Below are positions 41,334-50,279 of a DNA stretch of 64,000 nt, in pieces (position 1 is the first letter of the stretch; each line of letters starts with the position of its first letter). The stretch is taken from assembly GCA_049510745.1 (NCBI GenBank), contig JBEKYR010000016.1, forward strand, positions 28,743 to 92,742, written 5' to 3'. The stretch comes from Verrucomicrobiota bacterium. Its GTDB lineage: Bacteria > Verrucomicrobiota > Verrucomicrobiia > Limisphaerales > Palsa-1400. The notes below the pieces were generated by a model. The model ran no database searches and was not told where the DNA came from. It saw only the letters and a program-made list of their open reading frames with translations. The position numbers were made by a program, and so were the translations under genes.

Positions 41334-44300
41334 ATGACTTCGGCCGAAATCCGACAATCGTTCCTGGATTTTTTCAAATCCAAGGGGCACACCATCGTCC
41401 CTTCGTCAAGTCTAATGCCCGATTCGCCCGGTTTGCTGTTCACCAACGCCGGGATGAATCAATTCGTCCCCATCTTCCTCAACGAGCGCGCCCCCGACGT
41501 GGATAAATGGCCCGGCGCCATTGCGGGCAAGCCGACGCGCGCCGCCGACACGCAGAAGTGCATCCGCGCCGGCGGCAAACACAACGACCTGGAAGATGTC
41601 GGCCTGGACACCTATCACCACACCTTTTTCGAGATGCTCGGCAATTGGAGCTTTGGAGATTATTTCAAAAAGGAAGCGATTGATTGGGCGTGGGAACTGG
41701 TTGTAGAGAAATGGAAATTCCCGCCGCACCGCCTCTACGCCACCGTGTATAACCCCGACAAATCAAAAAACGATCCGAGCGATTTTGACCAGGATGCCTA
41801 CGGTTTTTGGGCGGCGAAGTTCAGCGCCGCCGGCCTCGACCCGAAAGTCCACGTCGTTCATGGCGGCAAGAAAGACAACTTCTGGATGATGGGCGAAACC
41901 GGCCCGTGCGGCCCCTGCTCGGAAATCCACGTCGATTTGACTCCCGCCGGCGACACCAATGGCTCGCTCGTCAACAAAGGCGACGCCCGTTGCATCGAGA
42001 TTTGGAACCTCGTCTTCATCCAATTCAACGCCAACGCGGACGGGACATTTTCGCCCCTGCCCGCCCGGCACGTCGATACGGGCATGGGCTTCGAGCGGGT
42101 GACGGGCATCATGCAGAACACGAAGAATTTCACCGACTTCATGCGCGTCATCTCCAATTACGAAACAGACATTTTCCGTCCGCTTTTCGACAAGCTGGAA
42201 AAACTGAGCGGCAAAAAATACGGCTCGACGCTGCCCGGGGAGGACACGCGCCCCCGCGTGTTGCAATCGCCGCCCCCGGCGATTGCCACCACATCCATCC
42301 CTGGCACAACCGAACCCAAGTACTCCCGCCGCAATCTCCCTCATTTCGAGCGCCCCTGGGCCAAATACATGGTCACATTTTCCACCAAAGAGCGTCGGCA
42401 ACTCACTCCGGCAGAGCGCGGAATCGTATTGGAGAGTGTTCTGTGCGCGTCCAGACAGAGGCAGTATCAGCTCTATGCTGCTTGCGTCATGCCCGACCAC
42501 GTGCATCTATTGTTCGAACCACAGATCAAGGGGGAAGATCAAGGTGGCAAGTCGATTTTCTGGTCGTTAAGCGAGATTCTGCAGGGCATCAAATCTGCAA
42601 GCTCTCACAACATAAGTAAGGCGTCGGGACGAAAGGGGCATGTTTGGGAGGCGGAATCCATGGACCGGATGATTCGGGGCGAGTCCGATTTGGAGGAGAA
42701 ATTTCACTATATTTGCCGAAATCCGTGGGATTCAGGTGTCGTCCCGCCAACGGAGGATTATCCCTGGCTATGGGTTCCTGAAATGGAAATGCCTGCTCCC
42801 GAAAACGCTGGCGAGAGACGGACTGCGGGGGCGCAGTCCGACGCACGCGAGGGCGCGTGCGCTCCCCACTCGCATTCCGAACAGATTCAAATCGACATCG
42901 CTTTCCGCGTCATCGCAGACCACATTCGCACGCTCAGCTTCTCCATCGCCGATGGAATTTTGCCGGGCAACAACGACCGCAACTACGTCTTGCGCCGCAT
43001 CCTCCGCCGCGCCGTGCGCTATGGCCGCACACTCGGTTTTCACGAACCGTTTTTCTATAAATTGGTGGAAGTCCTCGCTGAAACAATGGGGGACGTATTT
43101 CCAGAACTTCGTAATAAGCAGTCGCATGTCCAGGATGTGATAAAAGCCGAGGAGGAGGCATTCAACAAGACGTTGGATAAGGGGATCGCATTATTTGAGT
43201 CAGGAGCACAGCAGGATCAAATTAATTGGCATTGGAAACAGCTTGATGCGGCAATTAAGGAAGTTCTCAGTGACAAGTCTAGCACACCAAGAATTCTTGC
43301 TAACGACTTGAAATCTATTGCGGCAACCGGAGAACTTGTTTGGCCTGAAGTTTCAAACGTTCGCCAACTCACGAACACCTTCGGTTCACTTGAAGAGCGC
43401 GCGTTTATCAAGCGTCTTTATGAGTTTGCCAATGACTTAACTCTCGCGACAGTAACAGACGATTTTGAATCTCTACTTCCAGAGGCTGAAATTATTGAAG
43501 ACCTCGCTAGACGGATTTCAGCTTCCGCAGCCAGTGAACGAAAACAAGGCGTCGTTCCGGGCGGTTTTGCATTTACCCTTTACGACACTTACGGCTTCCC
43601 TCTCGACCTCACCGAGTTAATGGCGCGTGAACGCGGGCTGACCGTGGACACTGCAGGCTTTGAAAAACTTATGGACGAGCAGCGCGCCCGCGCCCGCGCC
43701 GCCCAGAAAAAGGAAATCGTCGCCGCCTCGAATGTTGATACGTCGCGTCCGACCGATTTCGTCGGGTTCGACCGCCTGCGCGCCGACGCCACCGTCCTGG
43801 ATGCTGTCAACATCAAGGACAAAATCGCCGTCACGCTCGACGCTTCGCCCCTCTACGCCGAGATGGGCGGACAGGTCGGCGACACCGGCGAGATTTCCGC
43901 CGGCGGAAAAATCTGGCGCATTGTCAATACTCAGAAAGTCGGCAACACCTTCCTTCATTTTCTGGCGGAGAAGGACGCCCCGGAGCCGGGCGCGAAAGTG
44001 GAGATTCGCGTGAACGTCCCGCGCCGCGCCGCCATTCAACGGCACCACTCGGTCACGCACTTGCTGCACTGGGCGTTGCACGAGGTCGTCAGCGCCGACG
44101 CCACCCAAAAAGGCTCCTACGTCGGGCCGGACAAGTTGACTTTCGATTTCAGCAGCGCGGCGCTCACGCCGGCGCAGGTCGGCGACGTGGAAAAACTGGT
44201 CAACGAACGGATTCTCGAAAACGCCGGCATCGCCTGGACCGAGGTTGCGTATGCCGAGGTCAAAGGCCGGAAGGATGTCATGCAGTTTTTCGGCGAGAAG

Positions 44301-45002
44301 TACGGCGACATCGTTCGCGTGGTGCAGATTGGCGGAAAGGCGGGCGCGTTGGACGGCTACTCGATGGAACTTTGCGGCGGCACTCACACGCGGGCGACGG
44401 GCGAGGTCGGATTATTCCGGATTCTGAGCGAGGGGGCGGTGGCGGCGGGCATCCGGCGCATCGAGGCCGTGGCCGGATTGCGCGCTTATGAAGTGTCCAA
44501 GGAAGAAGCCGCGTTGATTTCGACTGTGGCCGGGAAGGTCAATTCACCGGCGGCCGAGTTGGAAAAGAAAGTCGATTCGCTCCTGGCGCAGCAGAAGGAG
44601 TTGGAAAAACAGCTTCAGGCCATGCGCCAAAAACAGGCGGCGGAACTGGCGCGCGGTTTGGTGGCCCGCGCGGACAAATCCGGCCCGGCGCCCAGCATTG
44701 TCGAGCATCTCGGCGCGGCGGATGCGGATTTTCTGCAAGCCGTGGCCGACGCGATCAAAAGCCAGTTCAAAGGCGTGATCGTTCTCGGTGGCACAGCCGG
44801 CAACGCCGTGGCCCTGGTCGCAGCCGTCTCGCCGGAGTTCACCGCCAAGTTTCAGGCCGGGAAGATTATTCAAGCCATCGCGCCGATTGTCGGCGGCAAA
44901 GGCGGCGGCAAACCCGACAACGCCCGCGGCGGCGGCAAGGACGTGTCGAAGGTGGACGAGGCGTTGGCCAAGGCAAAAGCGTTAATTTGCCCGAATCCTT
45001 AG
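41334..45002 (+). CDS. alaS: alanine--tRNA ligase with two in-frame insertions
   Basis: FTNAGMNQF, HHTFFEMLGNWSFGDYFK, EIWNLVF, DTGMGFER, IADHIR, YVLRRILRR, LYDTYGFP, editing motifs HSVTH and CGGTH, GGKGGG. Uninterrupted 1222-aa ORF. Confidence 0.97.
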   Translation: MTSAEIRQSFLDFFKSKGHTIVPSSSLMPDSPGLLFTNAGMNQFVPIFLNERAPDVDKWPGAIAGKPTRAADTQKCIRAGGKHNDLEDVGLDTYHHTFFEMLGNWSFGDYFKKEAIDWAWELVVEKWKFPPHRLYATVYNPDKSKNDPSDFDQDAYGFWAAKFSAAGLDPKVHVVHGGKKDNFWMMGETGPCGPCSEIHVDLTPAGDTNGSLVNKGDARCIEIWNLVFIQFNANADGTFSPLPARHVDTGMGFERVTGIMQNTKNFTDFMRVISNYETDIFRPLFDKLEKLSGKKYGSTLPGEDTRPRVLQSPPPAIATTSIPGTTEPKYSRRNLPHFERPWAKYMVTFSTKERRQLTPAERGIVLESVLCASRQRQYQLYAACVMPDHVHLLFEPQIKGEDQGGKSIFWSLSEILQGIKSASSHNISKASGRKGHVWEAESMDRMIRGESDLEEKFHYICRNPWDSGVVPPTEDYPWLWVPEMEMPAPENAGERRTAGAQSDAREGACAPHSHSEQIQIDIAFRVIADHIRTLSFSIADGILPGNNDRNYVLRRILRRAVRYGRTLGFHEPFFYKLVEVLAETMGDVFPELRNKQSHVQDVIKAEEEAFNKTLDKGIALFESGAQQDQINWHWKQLDAAIKEVLSDKSSTPRILANDLKSIAATGELVWPEVSNVRQLTNTFGSLEERAFIKRLYEFANDLTLATVTDDFESLLPEAEIIEDLARRISASAASERKQGVVPGGFAFTLYDTYGFPLDLTELMARERGLTVDTAGFEKLMDEQRARARAAQKKEIVAASNVDTSRPTDFVGFDRLRADATVLDAVNIKDKIAVTLDASPLYAEMGGQVGDTGEISAGGKIWRIVNTQKVGNTFLHFLAEKDAPEPGAKVEIRVNVPRRAAIQRHHSVTHLLHWALHEVVSADATQKGSYVGPDKLTFDFSSAALTPAQVGDVEKLVNERILENAGIAWTEVAYAEVKGRKDVMQFFGEKYGDIVRVVQIGGKAGALDGYSMELCGGTHTRATGEVGLFRILSEGAVAAGIRRIEAVAGLRAYEVSKEEAALISTVAGKVNSPAAELEKKVDSLLAQQKELEKQLQAMRQKQAAELARGLVARADKSGPAPSIVEHLGAADADFLQAVADAIKSQFKGVIVLGGTAGNAVALVAAVSPEFTAKFQAGKIIQAIAPIVGGKGGGKPDNARGGGKDVSKVDEALAKAKALICPNP
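42238..42286. repeat. left end: REP-like palindrome plus hairpin
   Basis: GGGAGG-ACACGCG-CCCC-CGCGTGT-T, then a perfect 10-bp hairpin GCAATCGCCG-CCCC-CGGCGATTGC (42263-42286). Confidence 0.85.
42819..42866. repeat. right end: hairpin plus inverted REP-like palindrome
   Basis: Perfect 9-bp hairpin CGGACTGCG-GGGG-CGCAGTCCG (42819-42840), then CGCACGCG-AGGG-CGCGTGCG-CTCCC (42842-42866), whose reverse complement matches the left REP at 20/25 positions. Confidence 0.85.
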
Positions 45003-45110
45003 GCGAGATTGGGGAAAGATCCGGGCCAATCGCACCGAATACCAGTGGCATCCCCGGCCCGCAGTCAATGCGGGAATCCGGGCGGGAATCGCTCGTCCGC
45101 AAACCACGGG

Positions 45111-47108
45111 CTATTTGGATGTGGCGCGGGCGGCCTGGTCAGGCAGGCCGGCCGGGTTTCCGATCAGCGCCCTGGCCTCGCGCAACAGCGCGCGGGAGAT
45201 GATCCAATCGTGCCAGTCGCCGTTGTCAACTTCTCCCTGGTCGATCTTCGGCATTTGGGAATCCATGACTGCGACGGCTTTGTCCAGCGATGCTCGCGCC
45301 TCATCGGGCTGCTTGAGTTGGAATTGAGCCATGGCCAGGACAAGGTTGGCACTGGAGCGGATATATGGATTTTGCTGACTCGCAGGCGCCTTCAATAATT
45401 CCGTCGCGTTGGCGAAGCGGCCTTGCCGATACTCGGCCAGTCCGTCGTTCAACTGAAAATACGGAAGGTAAACATTGTCTTTTCCCTTGGTGACGGCCAG
45501 GCCGGCCAACTTCGAAACGGCGGCAAGGTCCACTCCGGAATAGGCCGTAGCCAGGCAACTCTTGGACATGCGTTCCGCAACCATCGGATCGGTCGTCCCG
45601 CCAAACCGGGTCAGTATGTTTGCGCAAAGGCGCTGGTAGGCGTCCTGGTCGTTGCATTGGACCAGCAACGTTGCGAGACGAAGGTAGTCAAGATGCTCGT
45701 CCGGTGTCAGCGCAATCACACGGGAGAAGTCTGCCGCGGCGTCTTTCCAGCGGCCGCGTCTGGCCAGAAACTGACCACGGGCGCGCAAAAGATCAGCGCT
45801 ACTGGTTTGGCTGACAACCTCGGGGGTCAGGATGGTCCCAAAGAGTTTCTCAGCGTCATCGGTTTTCTTCTCGCCAGCGAGGACGTCGGCCAGTATCTGC
45901 ACGGTTGCCGCCCAGCGGGCGGAATTGGTTTCCCAAAGTTTCTGTTCCAGCGCCAGCTCTTCGCGCAAGGCCGCCTCGGCCTCGGCCAGCTTGCCTTCGT
46001 TCCGGAACGCCTCAGCTTGCCTGTGAAGAACATCTGGTTTGTTGGTGCCCTTTTTGTAACCCTCCAGCGTCTTCTCATATTCCTGTTTGCGTCCGCCCTC
46101 CGCAAGACCGGCTGCCTGCTCTTCCACGGCTATCGCCCGGTCCTGCTTTCCTTCCATGAACAAAGCGCAGGCCAATGTATCCAGAATGTCAGGATTCTGG
46201 CTCTTGGAAGCCTCGACAGCGCGGGTGGCAATTTTTTCGGCCAGCGCCAAATCGGGTTTTTCAATCGTCACGTCGCTGACCATGGTCCAGGCCAGATCAT
46301 TCCCCAAGGCGGAGTTCTCCGGGTGCGCATCACTCAATTGGCCGGCGAGCTTGAACGCGGCCTCGTAGTCCTTTTTTCCGAGGAGCAGGTTGAAGCGCGG
46401 CTCACCCAGCTCGAACCGCTGGTCCTCCGGCGTCAACTTCTCAATCTCGTCGATTTTGGCGACGGCTTCATCCCACTTCTTTTCGTTGCGCGCGGCCCGG
46501 TAATCCTTCCAAAGCGCGCCCAAACGCGCCTGATTTTGAATCTGCCGGGCGTAATCCGCGGCGGCTTTATCGGTGTCGAACTTACCCGCCAGCACATCGT
46601 CAATGACCGACTCCTTCAATTCCATGGGATGGCCGATCCACGCGATGCGTCCATCCTTGCCGATGAGGAAGGCCGACGGAATGCCGTTGCGGCCCGCCGC
46701 CGCCATCCAAGTCTGGGACATGACCCCTTTCTCGTTGGTCTTCTTGTCATCCAAGGCGACGCGGTAAGTCATCTTGTCCCCCATCTTCTGGACGAAAGGC
46801 GCGACCAATTCATCGTCCCGCTCCCAGCAATCCTGGCCGACGACCACCAGGCCCTTGTCTTTGTATTTGACGTAAATTTCGTTCAGGTGCGGAATGGAGA
46901 CGCGGCAGGGGCCGCACCAGGTGGCCCAAAACTCGACGATGTAGGCCTTGTCAGGATCGAAGCCCGTGACCGGGTCGCCTTGAATCCATTGGCCATTTTG
47001 AATTTTTGGGGCGCGGTCACCCACTTTGACGGTGGGCTCGTCTGCGAAAAGCGCGGGGCCGGAAACCAACGCCAGCACCAACACTCCAGAAAAGATTCGT
47101 GGTTTCAT
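45111..47108 (-). CDS. secreted TlpA/redoxin-family disulfide reductase with TPR repeats
   Basis: Signal peptide; KVGDRAP, EFWATWCGPC, GIPSAFLI, WIGHP; TPR-like helices (NDLAW, ILDTLA, RGRWKDAAADF). Confidence 0.85.
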   Translation of the reverse strand: MKPRIFSGVLVLALVSGPALFADEPTVKVGDRAPKIQNGQWIQGDPVTGFDPDKAYIVEFWATWCGPCRVSIPHLNEIYVKYKDKGLVVVGQDCWERDDELVAPFVQKMGDKMTYRVALDDKKTNEKGVMSQTWMAAAGRNGIPSAFLIGKDGRIAWIGHPMELKESVIDDVLAGKFDTDKAAADYARQIQNQARLGALWKDYRAARNEKKWDEAVAKIDEIEKLTPEDQRFELGEPRFNLLLGKKDYEAAFKLAGQLSDAHPENSALGNDLAWTMVSDVTIEKPDLALAEKIATRAVEASKSQNPDILDTLACALFMEGKQDRAIAVEEQAAGLAEGGRKQEYEKTLEGYKKGTNKPDVLHRQAEAFRNEGKLAEAEAALREELALEQKLWETNSARWAATVQILADVLAGEKKTDDAEKLFGTILTPEVVSQTSSADLLRARGQFLARRGRWKDAAADFSRVIALTPDEHLDYLRLATLLVQCNDQDAYQRLCANILTRFGGTTDPMVAERMSKSCLATAYSGVDLAAVSKLAGLAVTKGKDNVYLPYFQLNDGLAEYRQGRFANATELLKAPASQQNPYIRSSANLVLAMAQFQLKQPDEARASLDKAVAVMDSQMPKIDQGEVDNGDWHDWIISRALLREARALIGNPAGLPDQAARATSK

Positions 47109-47240
47109 AGTTTTACTTGGGACTTCGCATTTGACTTCTTGCCCACCACCGGTGTGGGCCTTTTTCTTGACTTTGACCCTTCTCGACAGATTTGCAAGCC
47201 TTCTTTCCAGTCCGCCCTTGGTTGTGATCGCATCCCGGTT

Positions 47241-47411
47241 TTTAGCAGCGCCGTAGGCGCGACCTCTTTGTAGACCACCGTCGCCTCTAGAATCAGAGCC
47301 TCGTAGAGGCGACATCTGCTTTGCGGCCGCCTTGGCTATGCCGCTCCTACCGAGTTCCTATTCCATTGGATCGGGTTGATCTACAAAGATTTCGCTCCTA
47401 GCGGAGCTAAA
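47241..47411. repeat. REPIN-like element (four REP-like units forming a long inverted repeat)
   Basis: Left arm TTTAGCAGCGCCGTAGGCGCGACCTCTTTGTAGA; reverse complement of right arm TTTAGCTCCGCTAGGAGCGAAATCTTTGTAGA; inner units AGCCTCGTAGAGGCGACATCT and ATGCCGCTCCTACCGAG. Confidence 0.75.
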
Positions 47412-47645
47412 GATCATACTTCCCTGTCCAAAAACTGGGATTCGCCCCCAGCGGCTCCCCAGTATTGTATTTCCGGCAGCAGGGAAGATCGGGTATTCTC
47501 GTTCCATGCAAGACAATTTGACGGTCAAGCAAACCCGGTCGCCCTTGGTGGCAAAGTCCACAATGGACGAGATCCGCGTCAGCTTCGACAACGGAGTCGA
47601 AGCGAGCCACTGGGGCTGGATCGTGAGCACGATTGGGTGATGGCG

Positions 47646-47702
47646 ATGAACCTGCCTGAATCCAAAGGAACTTACGTGCTGATCGCCTTTGTGGCGCAGA
47701 TT
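47646..47702 (+). pseudogene. possible N-terminal remnant of a DUF123/GIY-YIG nuclease gene
   Basis: MNLPESKGTYVLIAFVAQI resembles the KGTYVL start of DUF123 proteins; similarity ends abruptly. Confidence 0.35.
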
Positions 47703-47736
47703 AGCGGCTTTCTGGGAGCGCGGTCATGCCCAAGCT

Positions 47737-48963
47737 TCAGTGCCGCTTGGACGCAAGCAGCTTTGCCAGCTTTTTAATTCCCCCTTCAATCCGCTCCGGT
47801 CGCGCGTTGGAAAAATTCAGGCGCAGCGTGTTTTTCCCCGCGCCGCCCAGATGAAATTCTTCGCCCGGCACGAAAGCGACGCGCCGCTCCAATGCCGCCG
47901 GCAGCAACTCGCCGGCGTTGATCTGTTTGGGCAAAGTGACCAACAGAAACATTCCGCCCTCCGGCCGCGTCCAGGTGGCGTTTCCCGGAAAATATTTTTC
48001 CAGCGCCGTCAGCATCGCGTCGCGGCGCCGGCGGTAATTACGGCGGAGCACCGGCTTGAACTCCTCCAAAAAGCCCCGGCTCACCAGTTCCAACGCCAGA
48101 TGCTGGCTCAGAGTGCCCGTGTGCAGGTCCGCCGCCTGCTTGGCCTGCGTCAGTTTTTCGATGACCGCTGGCGCGGCGATCACCCAACCCACCCGCAGGC
48201 CGGGCATCAACACCTTTGAGAATGTGCCGGTGTAAATGACCCGGCTGTCAAAACCGGATGCCCCCCGATTGCGCGCATCCAGCTCCAACAAATTGGGCAG
48301 CGCGCCGCCGTTATAGCGCAAGTCACCATAAGGATTGTCTTCAACGATCGCCATGGAGTGCGCGCGGACGAGCGCAACAAGTCTCTTGCGTCTCGCCAGC
48401 GACAGCGTCGTGCCGCGCGGGTTTTGAAAGTTGGGCACGCAATAAACCGCCTTGGGCTTTGCCTTCAAGAGCGGTTTCCATTCCTCCACCCGCATGCCGT
48501 CGCTGTCACACGGGCTGGGCAGAAACTCGGCCCCGGCCGTCCGCCAGGCCGAAAGCAGCGCGAGGTAGGTTGGGTTTTCCACTATCACCCGGTCGCCCTC
48601 TTCCAGCAGGATGCGGCCGATGAGGTCCAGCGCTTGTTGGCCGCCGGCGGTGATCAACACATTCTCGCGTTGAACCCGCAACCGGCCGGTTGAAAACTTT
48701 CGCGCCAGCCAATCGCGCAATTCCGGCAGGCCTTCCGTTGCGGAGTATTGCAGCGCCTGCCCGCCCGATCCATCCAGCACCGCCATCAACGCCGATTTGA
48801 CGCGGGCCACCGGAAACAACTCCGCGGCGGGCAGCCCGCCCGCAAAGGAAATCATCTCCGGCCGCGACGCCACCTTGAGCAATTCCCGCACGGCGCTGCG
48901 CCTCATCAGCGCGGTGCGTTGGGCGAAACAACGGCTCCAGTTCATTTCCGATTCGGGTTTCAT
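47737..48963 (-). CDS. PLP-dependent aminotransferase class I/II (LysN/ARO8-like)
   Basis: ISFAGGLP, QYSATEG, PNFQNP, EDNPY, GTFSKVLMPGLRVGW, PEGGMF. Confidence 0.92.
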   Translation of the reverse strand: MKPESEMNWSRCFAQRTALMRRSAVRELLKVASRPEMISFAGGLPAAELFPVARVKSALMAVLDGSGGQALQYSATEGLPELRDWLARKFSTGRLRVQRENVLITAGGQQALDLIGRILLEEGDRVIVENPTYLALLSAWRTAGAEFLPSPCDSDGMRVEEWKPLLKAKPKAVYCVPNFQNPRGTTLSLARRKRLVALVRAHSMAIVEDNPYGDLRYNGGALPNLLELDARNRGASGFDSRVIYTGTFSKVLMPGLRVGWVIAAPAVIEKLTQAKQAADLHTGTLSQHLALELVSRGFLEEFKPVLRRNYRRRRDAMLTALEKYFPGNATWTRPEGGMFLLVTLPKQINAGELLPAALERRVAFVPGEEFHLGGAGKNTLRLNFSNARPERIEGGIKKLAKLLASKRH

Positions 48964-49046
48964 TCCTCACAACAATGCGCCGCCGCCCTCGTTGCGCCCA
49001 ATACTTCTTTATTCCCGCGGTCATGCCTCTGCGGCATAATCGCTTC

Positions 49047-49934
49047 ATGGAACTGCGTCATCTGCGCTATTTCGCGGCCGTGGCCGGTGAACTGAACTTC
49101 ACCCGCGCGGCGCAAAAGCTGCACGTGGCGCAACCGGCCCTGAGCCGCCAGATCCGCCAACTGGAGGACGAACTTGGCGTAAAATTGCTCGAACGCACCC
49201 GCCCCGGAGTCCAACTCACCAAACCCGGCCACGCGTTTCTCGCCGAAACCCGCGCCATTCTCGCGCAAAGCGAACAGGCCATCCGGGTCGCGCGCAAGAG
49301 CGGTGAACCCGGCAACGCCCAGTTGAACCTGGGCTACATCTGGGGATTGTTCCATTCCTTCGTGCCGCCCGTCCTCGAACGCTTTCGCCGCCGCTCTCCC
49401 GAAACGGCGGTTCACCTCTTCGACCTCGCGCCGCTCGTCCAGGCCCGCGCCATTCTCGAAGGCCGGCTCGACGCCGGATTTATCGGTTTCGCGCACGAAG
49501 CCAGTTGCGCCGGATTGAGCCGGCGCAAAGTCGGCTCCTGTGCATTCGTCGCCGCGTTGCCCAAAGAGCATCGGGCCGCCCGCAAATCCATTGTCCAACT
49601 CGCCAGCCTGGCCGATGATTTTTTCCTCGGCATCTCCGCCGAGACTTTTCCCGGCGCCTCCCGGTATGTCACCGACGCCTGCGTCCGCGCCGGATTCCGG
49701 CCCAAGATTCTGCAAATGGTCGAGCGCGGTTACACTATCCTCGGTTTGGTGGCGGGCCATTGCGGTGTCGCCCTGCTGCCTGAATCCTTGAAGGCGCTGC
49801 CCCACCCCGGAATCATTTTTCGTCCTCTCGCCGATCCCCCCGTAGCCGATCTTTTTCTGGCCTGGCGCGCCAATTCAACCCCGGCCGTGCTTGACGAATT
49901 TCTGGCCGCGCTCCCTTCACCGCCGCCTGGTTGA
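49047..49934 (+). CDS. LysR family transcriptional regulator
   Basis: MELRHLRYF...NFTRAAQKLHVAQPALSRQIRQLEDELG; divergent from the aminotransferase. Confidence 0.95.
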   Translation: MELRHLRYFAAVAGELNFTRAAQKLHVAQPALSRQIRQLEDELGVKLLERTRPGVQLTKPGHAFLAETRAILAQSEQAIRVARKSGEPGNAQLNLGYIWGLFHSFVPPVLERFRRRSPETAVHLFDLAPLVQARAILEGRLDAGFIGFAHEASCAGLSRRKVGSCAFVAALPKEHRAARKSIVQLASLADDFFLGISAETFPGASRYVTDACVRAGFRPKILQMVERGYTILGLVAGHCGVALLPESLKALPHPGIIFRPLADPPVADLFLAWRANSTPAVLDEFLAALPSPPPG

Positions 49935-50028
49935 AGCAGATCGGATGCAAAAAAATGCTGGACGGCGCGGAGCCGGACTGGTAAACGTAACCGCGTCATA
50001 GACAACAGTTTTTTGTTTTAAGGCAACC

Positions 50029-50223
50029 ATGAAAAAAGTATTGACTCTCGCTCTCCTCGCCGTCGTTTCCTGGGCGTTGGTGGGCACTCCGGCGCATGCC
50101 GTCCAGGTTTCCCAATCTTCCGACGGCACGGTCCTGGTCAAGGGCAAGAAGAAGCAAAAGAAACACAAGAAGCATAAGAAGCAGGAGAAGACACAAGAGA
50201 AGACGCAGGAGAAGACTCCTTAG
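50029..50223 (+). CDS. small secreted Lys-rich protein
   Basis: Sec signal MKKVLTLALLAVV...AHA; tail KGKKKQKKHKKHKK followed by QEKT x3. Confidence 0.6.
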   Translation: MKKVLTLALLAVVSWALVGTPAHAVQVSQSSDGTVLVKGKKKQKKHKKHKKQEKTQEKTQEKTP

Positions 50224-50279
50224 CGCGCGCCCACCCAGGGCCGGGCCTTGCGGCCTGACAATTCAGTTTTGCCCCTTTC

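Larger units (their letters stand above)
42238..42866 (+). mobile_element. REP-flanked RAYT-like (IS200/Y1 HUH) transposase module inserted in frame in alaS
   Basis: RRNLPHF, YMVTFST, VMPDHVHLL (HUH), IKSASS, VWEAESMDR, HYICRNP (catalytic Tyr), DYPW; flanked by inverted REP-like palindromes. Confidence 0.88.

Noticed and set aside
42238..43547. Inteins or self-splicing introns as explanation for the alaS inserts
   Set aside because: Neither insert has a C-terminal His-Asn followed by Cys/Ser/Thr, or LAGLIDADG, HINT or reverse-transcriptase motifs, and no group I/II intron features were seen.
47358..47640. Short ORFs between the REPIN-like element and the aminotransferase
   Set aside because: No frame gives a recognisable protein; probably decayed sequence.
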